Notes under the pieces: generated by a model
Told to the model about the DNA's origin: nothing
The model's database searches: none
Seen by the model: the letters and a program-made list of their open reading frames with translations, nothing else
Shown: positions 53,180-64,000 of the stretch, piece after piece
Layout of the letters: every line of letters begins with the position of its first letter
Numbering within the stretch: the first letter of the stretch is position 1
Program-made: the position numbers and the translations under genes
Assembly: GCF_963921235.1 (NCBI RefSeq)
Contig: NC_086108.1
Location: 45,386,001-45,450,000 of the forward strand
DNA length: 64,000 nucleotides
From: Mobula hypostoma
Lineage: Eukaryota
Reading direction: 5' to 3'

Positions 53180-53927
53180 TGCTACTTTCTAAGCAACCGC
53201 CTGCTCACAGAGCTCAGTTTGGATTCTGCAAAAATCACTTGGCTCTTGACCTCATTATAGCCTTAGTCCAAACATCTGCAAAAGATCTGTACTCCAGAGG
53301 TGAAGTAAAAGTAAATGCACTTGACATTATTTGATCGAGCATGACATCAAGACCTTCCCCTGGCTGGAATTGCAGCAAGCACAAAGGAAGATGGTCATGG
53401 TGGTTGGAGGCTAATGATCTAAGCCATGGGACATCTCTGTTCAGAATCCTTAGAGCAGTGTCTTAAGCTCAGACATCTTCTGCTGCTTCATCTATCATCT
53501 TCCCTCAGTCTTAAAGTCAGAAGCAGGGGTGTTTGCTGATGAGTGCACAATGCTCAGCACTTTTCGTTATTCCTCAGATCGAAGCAGTCCACAATCGAAT
53601 GCAACAAGATATGGACAATATCCAGGCCTAGGCTGATAGGTGGTAACTAACATTTGTACCACACAAGTACCAGCCAATGAGAGAGAGCAAGCAAAAATCC
53701 AGCTATCATCCCCTGACATTCAATGGCATTACTGCCACTGAATCTCCCACTATCAGTATCCTGGGGGTCCCATTGACCAGAAGCTGAACTAGAGTAGCCA
53801 TGTGGACAGTGTGGCTGGGAGAGGGCTTTGGAGGTTTGGAACCACACAGCAAGTAACTTATCAAAGCCTGTCCACCATCCGCAAAGGCTCAAGTCACAAG
53901 TGTGATGGAGTTCTCTCCCCTTGCTTC
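53180..53927 (+). mobile_element. Old CR1-group LINE fragment, continues after 56521
   Basis: gtttgctgatga (FADD-like) and ctgggggtcccattgaccagaagct. Split by the LTR element. Confidence 0.6.
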
Positions 53928-54023
53928 TGAAACCCCTTTTACCGCGGGTCTCTAGAGATGCAGCTCATTAGACCCTTGCTAACAGCCACTGCACCCAGCA
54001 GTGAGGATACCAGCTTTCTCAAA

Positions 54024-55115
54024 CTACGGTCGGTATGACATAGCCCGTTCCTTTACTAGGTCCCTCCACAGTTTTACCTCTTTTCTTCGCTGTTTGATTA
54101 ACTGCTGATCTACTTTCCAAACATTTCCCTGTCCTCCACACTCCCGTTTGAAATGCCCATCTTCTCCGCAGTTGTAACAGAAGATACCAGTCACTTCCCT
54201 CGTCGAGGCACCTGGCTCAGTAGCAGCCCTTGCCTTGGTTTGTCCCACCAGTGGGTCCGGCTTCCTATCGGCCTTGTCATGCTTGGTGGCAGCATCAACC
54301 GATATCATTCGAGCTAACTCAGCCCTCAGTTCTTTCATGACATCCTGCAAAACCCCCACTTGTGTGGCATCAGGGTTTGCTTCAGCAACAGAGGCTGCTT
54401 CTGAGCATTTGCCCTGCTGATGGAGGCCTCCCGCTCCTCCATCACGTTTTTCTCCTCTAATTTCTCTGAGTAACTCGGTCAAATTTGGAGGAGGGCATAT
54501 CTCGCGGATCATTAGAATACGTAGAGCAATAACATCATGTGACAGCGTGCCCTTCAGAACTTGCCTCAACCTCCAGCAATTTCCCTCAGGCAGTTGACTG
54601 TCCCCTTTGGGGGACAAACAGTGCGGCAGCTTCTCCAGCCTGAAAATGTAGGTGGACAACTTCTCTCCTTCCTCCTGAAAAGTATGCCTAAACTTCATCC
54701 TAAGGTCGGCTGTACTTTCAGCAGTGCCAAAAGCATCTTCCAGAGCTTGCAAGTAACTAGCTGAGGTGGTTAATTGATTTTCTGCCTTGAGGAACTTCAC
54801 CATATCAGTCACTGGGCCCTTTAAACTCACTACCAGTCTCTGCTTTTTCCCTGTTACGAGCCATTCATCCAGTAACTGGGATGTCGTCATTTCAGCCCAA
54901 GCCTCATATTCTTTTTTCTCCCCCCCCCCCATCGGGTGTGGGCTTGACTCCAGAGAATGCTCCCAGCCTACAATATCCTGGCTCTCTGTAAGTATACTTC
55001 TGCAATCATCAGCCAGAGATGTAATAGCTAAAATGAGCTCAGAATTTAAATCAACCGCTGAAAGAGCTTTCACTTCAGACAATTCCTTCCTCTCACTCCT
55101 CAGAAATGAGGGCAA
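54024..55115 (-). CDS. gag: PNMA/Ma-like Gypsy Gag (capsid and CCHC knuckle), open for 363 codons; N-terminus frameshifted
   Basis: YEAWAE...EW...KKQRLVVSLKGP...YLQALEDAFG...QEEGEKLSTYIFRLE and CYNCGEDGHFKREC. Confidence 0.75.
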   Translation of the reverse strand: MPSFLRSERKELSEVKALSAVDLNSELILAITSLADDCRSILTESQDIVGWEHSLESSPHPMGGGEKKEYEAWAEMTTSQLLDEWLVTGKKQRLVVSLKGPVTDMVKFLKAENQLTTSASYLQALEDAFGTAESTADLRMKFRHTFQEEGEKLSTYIFRLEKLPHCLSPKGDSQLPEGNCWRLRQVLKGTLSHDVIALRILMIREICPPPNLTELLREIRGEKRDGGAGGLHQQGKCSEAASVAEANPDATQVGVLQDVMKELRAELARMISVDAATKHDKADRKPDPLVGQTKARAATEPGASTREVTGIFCYNCGEDGHFKRECGGQGNVWKVDQQLIKQRRKEVKLWRDLVKERAMSYRP

Positions 55116-56155
55116 CTTGTCCTGCTGTCAGCTACTGGAAACTCGTCTCCCAATCCCTCACCTTCAACTACACTTCTCCCCCCCCCCCAACCCTTCTCTA
55201 ACAGAATGAATGGCCCATGGCCCCGCTTCTCCAAGTGCCCTGTCCATGCCAGGCAGATCTACTCCTGTCATGTCGTTGCTAGTCTGAACTAACACAACAT
55301 TCTGACCAGCCAGTTGATCAAAACACCATTCAACAAGCGTAACTCCCCTAATACTTTAACGTTATTTAAAACCCTAATCAAAGATTCGTCTGGGCTGCAG
55401 ATATCCACCCTCTCAGATCACAGGCAGTTGTGGGTAATCTCTTTGAATCGCACCAAAACTTAATCTCTGCGGCATCCATAAGCAAGGATCTTAATCCCAT
55501 TCCCGGAAACTATTTTAAGCACAGGCTTAAACACACAAGCCACTTAATCAATTCTTAGAGCAAATGCACAATATTGGTGAATCAGATCGCGGATGAGCTG
55601 CCACAATGAAACCCTTTTTTACCCGGCATCTCTGGAGATGTGACTTGTTAGCCCCTCACTAACAGCCACTGGACCCAGCAGTGAGAAAAGCACCTTTGTC
55701 AAACCCTGTACATCTTAGGTCAGTATGACTTGGGTCCCACCAAAACCAGGGAGTTGGGAATGTCTCACCCGAACCCCAATCTGTGTGAATACTGCCCCCT
55801 GCAATTAGCCGTTGGCAAAAAATAACAGATCGTACATTGCATACAATTATAAAGGAAGTATATTTACAAATGTCAGCTTTATTGAACAGTTAGTAGGAAA
55901 AAGAAAAGGAAAAAAATAAAAAGGGCCCATTACAGTTAATCCAGTCCAAATGTGCACATAAGTTGGAGCTCACCTTGAAGTTCTCTTTAACTCACATGCT
56001 GGACCCTCGGTCTGCATGAAAGCTCACACCACCTTCTGAGTGTCACCTGAAATTCATCTTGAACAATAGGTCTCCCATAGGAGTGTTGGTCCTTCCTCCT
56101 TGAAGCCATTCATCTGCACAAAGCACTTCATGCAACACGGACAGCATCCTCAGCC

Positions 56156-56430
56156 AACAACAGGAATTCTGCAGATGCTGGAAATTCAAGCAACACACAT
56201 AAAAGTTGCTGGTGAACGCAGCAGGCCAGACATCATCTCTAGGAAGAGGTGCAGTCGACGTTTCAGGCCGAGACCCTTCGTCAGGACTAACTGTAAGTTC
56301 TGACAAAGGTTCTCGGGCCGAAACGTCGACTGTACCTCTTCCTATAGATGCTGCCTGGCCTGCTGCGTTCACCAGCAATTTTTATGTGTGTTGCTTGAAG
56401 TTCTAGCATCTGCAGATTTCCTCATGTTTG
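56156..56430. mobile_element. About 275-bp palindrome of two Penelope tails, each with a hammerhead motif (56253-56288 minus, 56296-56331 plus)
   Basis: Arms are imperfect reverse complements around about 56290. The minus core is intact; the plus core reads CTGACAA. Confidence 0.85.
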
Positions 56431-59400
56431 TGTTTTTAAAAGCAGAGCAGACTGCTCTTACAGAACCGGTAAAATTAAATACTTGCAGCATAGAGGTAAA
56501 AATCTTAACCAGGGTGTTACACTTCAATGAATGTAGCTTCAACAACAGTTAAGAAGTTCAACACCATAACTGCATGTGCTCTCTACAAGATGTCCCACTG
56601 CAACTCACCAAGACTTCTCAGAGAGTACATTCCAAAATCCTGGAACTGTCTGTCCGACTGTATAGTCGATATATCTATGTCACAATGAATGCAGCAGTTC
56701 AAGAAGGCCGCTTACCACCAAACGCCTTAATAAAAGATCTCCGTCCAAAACATTGACTGTTCATTTTCCTCCTGACTGCTTCAGTTCTTCCAGCATTTTA
56801 TGTGTGTATTTCAGATTTCCAGCACCCACAGCCTGTGTTGTGACCGTCACCTTATCAAGGACAACACAAGGATGAAGGATTCAATGCTTGCTCAGTCAGC
56901 AAAGCCCATATCTCTTGAATGAATATATAAAAACAATACTTGTCTAGGATACTCTGGAAAAAACCTTCTAAATTCATGATTTGTTCTATTTAAAAGGACA
57001 AGATTATTTGACACAACTAAAGGAGGTTCCTTTCTAAAGCACACATCATCTTGGCTTGGAAATGCATCGCGAATCCATTGCTGACATTCGGTCTAAATCC
57101 CTACCTAACATTAGTCGAGTTCCTTCACAAGAAGGTTTTAGAAATTGGCCGAACATCAATGATTCAGAGGAAATTAGGGATGGGTATTAAATCAGTGATG
57201 CTCAAGTTGCCTAACTGATTCAAGAAAAACCTTCCCTTGCATTCAAAACCTTTTTATTTGTTCCCTCTTTTTAAAATAGTATTAATTTTTCTCAATTTTC
57301 AAATTAGGTAAACGCCAGAATTGCAAAATTGGTTCTGAGTTTTGCAAGAGTTCTGAACATCACTTATTCTTGCTTTCCTGTTTATAACGGTTATAATCAC
57401 ATAATTATAATAAAGTTGTAATTATAAGGGTGTTCTGTTAATAAGGTGTGAGGGGGTGTTTGGGAGTGAGCCTGGTCCAGAAGTCTCTACGATTACTTCT
57501 ACTACCACGGCTATGATGTGTTTTTACTTGCCAGGTGTATGCAATACAATGCTGCTTTCAGCAACCGCACTACTTCAAAAAAATTTTTTATTGCTATTTC
57601 AATATTTCACCATTAAGAGTAATTTGAATGAGCTTGGTCATCTCCCCTTCTTGCCTTGGAAGCACATATTTAATGTTCCTGGCTCTGTTCTTTTTCAAAC
57701 AAGAAGCTGATCTAAAATTGTTTTTCGGATTGTCCCAGCTTCTGTATATCACACAGAGAGAGTGCCTGCCCCATTGTTTTTTCCTGAATCACATAACATT
57801 CATTCTGTGCATAAGAAATGCTGATTAGAGAAATATGGCAGCTGATGTTTTGCATCCATCTACCCAGCTGATAAATATTAAATTGGTGCTCCAATGAAAC
57901 GAAATAGAAAGAATTTTCAAAGATCTATCAGCACTCACCTGGAAAAACTACCAATGCCTTGGAAATGAAATCCTGAAAGATGACGGCTTCATCCTTGAAA
58001 GAAGATACTACAGATAAATAAGATAATCTTTTCACACTCATGAAGAAGACATTCAGACATGTCTGTAAAAGGGTTTAGAGATTGTTTTCTCATGTCTCTA
58101 GCTTACGACTTAACAACTGACAGGAACTTTGCTAAGTACACAGATAATTTGTTCAATACTGTATAAACTGGTTTCTAGCAGCTCAGTGATCCCACTGCTG
58201 TCTTGCATCACACGGTGTATGCTTTTGAAAAGATTATCCTTTCAAATACAGTTGTGGTGGATGAGACATTGAAAAGCTGTTTCAGTGAATGATCTTTTTT
58301 TCATATTGTCTTCCCAGCATTTAATTTTAATGATTCAGTAGTAACTGAACTATTTAACAGTTGCCTAGTCCATGTCTTTTGCCTTCCTGAATCATGCAAG
58401 CAACAGGATGCTAATATTAATACATGTGAAAATGAGTTTGTGTTCACAGTTCACAACAAAAATTACCTGAAATTCTTGAATTCAAGTGTAGCAAAGAATG
58501 TTTAACAGAGTGTGAATGAAAAGCTAAAACTGAAAGTGAATTTAGTAGTTCTGGGCATTACCTGGCATAAACTTTTCTCATTAAACAATGGTTAATGATA
58601 CGTAAAGAAAGCAAAAAAAACGTAACTAAATAACTACATTGTGTGGTCCCATTTTGGATAAATTCAGTTGAAATTGTTGGGCTTTGTCCATGCTCTATGA
58701 TAATTAAGGCAGTCATCATTCATTACTGCGAATGAACCTACCTTGGTTCAGTTAGAATTACTTGAAAACTACATATTGTATCTGACTGTGGTATTGCACG
58801 AATGTTTTAGAAGTTTGAGAAAGTATCCTAACTCTTTTTCCATCAGAAATTTCAGGGTAAGCTAATTGCAGAGTAAATGATCGTTGAGTGTTTTTTTCAA
58901 GAAGACAATGCCCTGGTAATTTGTACAATGGAAAATTTGGCAAATTGAGTGCCATGAATTTACATACAAAGTCATATTAGAAATATTAGCAGGTGAGCCA
59001 ATGTTTTTTATTTAAAGTCTCAATAATCAATGATTGAGTTGTTTTTCTGATCTGGCTATATTCCATATACATCAAAAATTAAAATAAGTTTAAAATACAG
59101 CAGGAGAAATAGAAAGATATCAGCAACTAAAATATAACCCGTTATAGCCTTAGTGTCATAATTAAGGTGGGTGAAGGAGTGCAGAGACTGTGGAATGAAA
59201 ACTAAGTGTTTTATTTTTCACTGATTATTCAAATTTGACATTATATTACAAAGAACTCTTTTAGAAAGACTTAAAAGTCAAGGACAAAATTTGATTATCA
59301 GTTACAGACAAATAATTAAATAAATAATAAGTTCAAAGAACTTAGCGGAGCATTAGAAGTAACAAATAAATCATATAAATGCATTTGTTAATTGGAATTT

Positions 59401-60924
59401 GTAACTATTATAATATCTGTCTAAAACTGAGACAAGGTTTCTGTGAAATGCCTTTGAATGTTTAGCTGATAAAGGAATGATATAAACACAAGTTATAATA
59501 TAATTAGAATGAATAATATTTTTATTCATGTAGATAATGACATTTGGTACAGGTATTGTTTAAAGGGAGCTTGCAATCAGAGAAAATCTTACTTTTAGCA
59601 ATATTTTGTCACTTTGAATTGACTGGCTTTTCCAGATGAGAAAGACATCTACCCTGTAAAGTGACTTGCTTTCTATGAGCTGCATTCCATCCTGAAGTAT
59701 AGTTTGTTTTGAAAATGGAACCGAGAAATCCACCAAGGAATGTTTTTGTGTCAGCATTCATTTATTATCATACGAGGGAGTAAAAGCTAGGACAGACAAA
59801 GGGCTAGTGACAGAGAAATAGTCTTAGTTATTTCAACTCCCAACAGATATTTGAAAGGATTGTTGTGATAGATTTTAGTCAAGGGATATAGGCACTTGAG
59901 AAGGGAGAACAGTACAGAGACAGTCAAGATGCAGGAGTAGAAAAGGGTAGTGAGCTGGGTCACAAAAAGCTGTTCACATGACTGGGTTTAAATCATACAG
60001 AAAGTTGCTGGATATCAAAAACCTTTTGAACTGCCTTGCACTATATTTACTGACGAATAGAAGCACCAGAAGTACTTGAAATGTCTGCAGGGTTTAATCC
60101 GTTAGCTCTCTGTCACTGTTATATCTTTAGTTTAGCAATACAGAAGATAATGACTCCAAATGTAAAAGTGTATAGAATAATCACCCTTTTGATAACATTT
60201 TCTTCATACCACATAAAATTCCAGTTGATGAATTCATTGCTTATGTTAAGATGTTTAACCAATTTTAGGATTTTTATAAGGTAGACCTAGAGATTGCTCC
60301 ACACCACTTATCTAGCATTAAAACTGGCCTGTGGGTCACGTGTTTCTGAAATTCAAATAAAAAGCAAAAACTCTGTACGTTTGTATATGATGATCGTAGA
60401 ACAATGTTTCATTATGTAAAGCCACTCTGAAACCGACGTTGTTGGTTTTAGCATGGTAGTTCATATTGATCTGTTTCAAGATGTTACTGTTCTCTGCAAG
60501 TAACAAGGTCAGCACAGTTTTCAGGGTATTTTTAAAGAAAAATATGATTCTTCAGTAATAGACCTCTGATCTTCTGATTGCTACTCAATGATGCCTGTTG
60601 CAGTGATGAGTGGGAAGCTGCTTCCAGTGCATAATAGTTGTCTAGATGGGCTGGTGAAGAACATTTCACAGAAGGCATGCGTTTTGTGAATGGGAACGAC
60701 AGAAGACTCTCCAAAACTATAACCTGATACGCTGTTATCGAGGTTGCTGTCAGGGCCTGAATGCAGTTTTTGAACACCTACACTTTGGGAAAGCCTGCAA
60801 TTGCGGAAGCTACACATGCTCAATTTGCCTGTGGAACTAAGAGTGATGCCTCAACTCTTCAATTAAGGAAGATGGCTAACCCAACTAATTGTGGAGCCCC
60901 ATGCAGAAACCTATGCTTCATTTT

Positions 60925-61530
60925 TAGTCGCAGGCAAAGGTCCAGAGGACTGGAGGGTGGTTATTGTTCAGTTATTTAAGAAGAGTAGCAAAGACAACCG
61001 AGTGAATTGCAGGCCAGTGAGTCTGACGGTGGGTAAGTTAATGGAGGGGATTCTGATTAACAACAATCTATCAACAATTAGTTAGACAGAGACTAATTCG
61101 GGATAGTCAGCATGGCTTTGTGCATGACAAACCTCAAAGATTTTTTGAAGAGGGAACCAAGAGTGTAGATGAGAGTAGGACAAAGGATATAGTCCATTTG
61201 GACTTTAGCAAGGCCTTTGACAAGGTTCCGCATGGCAGACAGGTCTGGAAGGTTAGACTACATTAGATCCAGGGAGAAATATCTAATTGAATTCATACTT
61301 GTTTCGATAGTAGAAAAAGGTGAAAGGTCATCAGAGGTTGTTTCTCAGCCTGGAGGCCTGTCACCGATGCTATGCTACAGGGATTAGTGCTGGGACCTTT
61401 GTTGTTTGCTGTTAATATGAACAATTTGGAAGCATATGTGCAAGGCATGGTTAGTAAAAATACCAAAAATTACAGGGTGATTTTGGTCAGCTAGGTAAGT
61501 TGGCCGAGGACTTGCAAAAACCTTTCAATT
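60925..61530 (+). mobile_element. CR1 RT fragment
   Basis: PEDWRV..V.LFKK..NCRPVSLT and gactttagcaaggcctttgacaaggt. Confidence 0.8.
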
Positions 61531-61534
61531 TAAC

Positions 61535-62955
61535 AACATATCTGGCTAAATACTGAAGACCTGTGTTAATCAACTGGCTGGAGTGTTTTCTGATATCTTT
61601 AACCTCTTGCTTTGGGAGTCTGAGGTACCCACCTACTTCAATCGTACCAGTGCCCAAAACTAAAGAGGTGACCTACCTCAATGACTACCTCTAGTTGCAC
61701 TTACATCCACAGTGATGAAGTGTTTTGAGAAGCTGGTGATGAAACACCTCAATTCCTGCCTGAGGAGTGACATGGATCCACTTCAATTTACCTACCATCA
61801 CAACAGGTCAACAGCAAATGCCATTTCATTGACCCTTCACTCAGCCCTGGAACATCTGGATAGTGAAGGTAGATACATCAGGATGTTCTTCACTGACTAC
61901 ACCTCTGCATTCAACACAATCATTCTTTCAAATCTAGTCACTAAGCTCCAAGACCAGGGCCTCAATGCCCCCTTGTGTAACTGGATTCTTGATTTCCTCA
62001 CTTGCAGACCCCAGTCAGTTCAGATTAGCAACAACATCTCCTCATCAATCTCCATCAGCACAAGTACACCACAAGGCTGTATGCTTAACCTCCTGCTCTA
62101 CTCACTTCATACCTATATCTGTGAGGCTAAGCACAGATCCAAGACCATGCTTAAGTTTGTGGATGACAGCACCATTGCTGGCCAAATCAAAGGTGGTGAA
62201 GATTAGCATATAGGAGGGAAATAGAAAATCAGCCTGAGCGGTGCCACAACAACCTCTCACTCAACGTCAGCAAAACCAAAGAGCTAATTATTGACTATAG
62301 GACAGGAAATCGGACATCCGTAAGCGGTGCTGGCTCGAAGGGCCGAATGGCCTACTCTGGCACCTATTGTGTATTGTCTATTGTCTAGCCCTCTCAAGGG
62401 AGCAGCGGTGGGAGAGCCAGTAACTTTAAATTTCTTGGTGTATCATTTCAGAGGATTTGTTCTAGGTCCAGCACTTAAGTCCCATTACAAAGAAAGCACA
62501 GCAGTGCCTCTAATTTCTTTGAAGTTTAGGAAGGTTTGGCATGTCATCTAAAACTGACAAGTTTCTATGATGCATGCTGGAAGGTATACTGACTGGTAGC
62601 ATCACGGCCTGGTATGGAAACACCAATGCCCTTGAATGGAAAAGCCGACAAAAAGTAGTGAACATAGTACAGTCCAGCAAGGTAAAACCCTCCCTGCCAT
62701 TGAGCACATCTACAAGGAACGCTGTTGCAGGAAAGCAGGGCTCCCACCATCCGGACCACACTCCCTTGTCACTGCTGCCATCAGGATGAAGGTACACGAG
62801 CCTAAAGTCCCACTCCATCAGGATCAAAGACAGTTATTACCCCTCAACCATCCGGCTCCTGAACTAGAGTGGATAGCTTCACTCCCCTCTAACACTGAGG
62901 TCCCAACTGATTCCATATCCTATGGATTCACTTTCAAGGACTCTGAAACTCCTGT
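61535..62955 (+). mobile_element. Rex1/Babar-type LINE RT and C-terminus, with a short CR1 tail insert at about 62320-62387
   Basis: MKCFEKLV..DPLQF.Y..NRST, SAFNTI, LCNWILDFLT, KFVDD. Confidence 0.85.
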
Positions 62956-63033
62956 TCAGTAGAGCTACTAGGACTTGCTGTTTCAATCCCTATGGTAAAT
63001 CAGCACTCTCGATGTTGGCAGTGGTCTTGGAGT

Positions 63034-63800
63034 AAACACAAAATAATCTGCAGATGCTGTTGTCAAAGCAACACTCACAATGTGCTGGAGGAACTCAGCA
63101 GGTCAGTCAGCATCCGTTGAAAAGATTAATCGACATTTCGGGCCAAACCCTTCATCAGGATTGAAGGAAGAACTTTGGGGAGGGTTTGAAGAATGCTGGT
63201 AGTTGAAAAAAACAGTAATTTGAAAGACAAAGGGGTGGGGGAGGGGAAGCAGGGAGGTGATTGGCAGGAGAACAATGCGCAGTAGTAGAAGGAGGCGGAA
63301 CTATGAGGGAGGTGATGTGAAAGAGGGATAGGGGAAGGGAGGGGGAGGGAATTACCAGAAGTTGGAGAATTCTATGTTCATACCAAAGGGCTGGAGACTA
63401 CCTAGACGGTATATGAGGTGTTGCTCCTCCAACCTGAGTTTAGCCTCATCATGGCAGTAGAGGAGGCTATGTATGGACATATCTGAATGGGAATGGGAAG
63501 CAGAGTTGAAGTGGGTGGCTACTGGGAGATCCTGTCTGTTGTGGCGGAGAGAGTGGAGGTGCTCGACAAAGCGGTCCCCCAATCAGCGTCGGGTTTCACC
63601 GATGTAGAGGAGGCCGCACCGGGAGCATCGGATGCAATAGATGACCCCAACAGATTCGCAAGTGAAGTGTTGCCTCATGTGGAAGGACTGTTTGGGGCCC
63701 TGAATGGTTGCAAGAGAGGAGGTGTAGGGACAGGTGTAGCACTTACGCTTACAGGGATAAGTGCCAGGTGGGAGATTGGTGGGGATGGGGAGTGGTGACA
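63034..63800 (-). mobile_element. Penelope-like 3' fragment (second subfamily), GIY-YIG remnant and hammerhead at 63128-63162
   Basis: GVIYCIRCSRCGLLYIGETRR; minus strand AAUC-CUGAUGA-AGGGUUUGGCCC-GAAA-UGUC-GAUU. Confidence 0.88.
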
Positions 63801-64000
63801 AGGAGGGAGGATCATCATTAGGGTCATCAGGTGGGCACCCTCCTTCTTTGACGTTTCATTGATAAGCCCACAACGTCTCCAGAGGGCTCAACGGTGCTAC
63901 CTGGCGTCCCAGATACACCCCCCTCAGTTCCATACCCTCCTGTCTTCATTATTGCTTCTTAATCTATTTTCATTTTGTACTTGCATAATTAGTTGTCTTT

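Larger units (their letters stand above)
53928..56521 (-). mobile_element. Gypsy-type LTR element retaining only a PNMA-like gag; pol and most of the 3' LTR deleted
   Basis: TSD CTTC (53924-53927 and 56522-56525); 5' LTR 55607-56521; about 100-bp 3' LTR remnant at 53928-54025; degenerate tRNA-Pro-like PBS at 55586-55603. Confidence 0.82.

Overview
Eukaryotic, repeat-dominated DNA, most likely from a cartilaginous fish (inferred from the mix of CR1, Rex1/Babar, Penelope, L1/Tx1, RTE and HE1-like SINE repeats). No intact host gene, rRNA, tRNA gene or CRISPR array is supported. Most ORFs in the track are decayed transposon frames or their antisense shadows. Main structures: an L1 ORF2 remnant (1-2390); a 2.5 kb near-perfect Penelope (GIY-YIG) palindrome with a 16-bp flanking direct repeat (4980-7514); many minimal type I hammerhead ribozyme motifs in Penelope tails; a Ty3/Gypsy provirus (18650-29013) carrying four nested insertions, including a second full-length Gypsy; an RTE LINE with nested insertions; and a PNMA-like gag-only LTR element. 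The most unusual signal is a non-transposon, stop-interrupted frame (10464-10793 plus 12041-12360), split by a SINE and a LINE. It carries the three archaeo-eukaryotic primase motifs in order and resembles the poxvirus D5-type primase N-terminus, so it is a candidate endogenous DNA-virus fossil. All family assignments come from motif recognition by eye; no database search was run.
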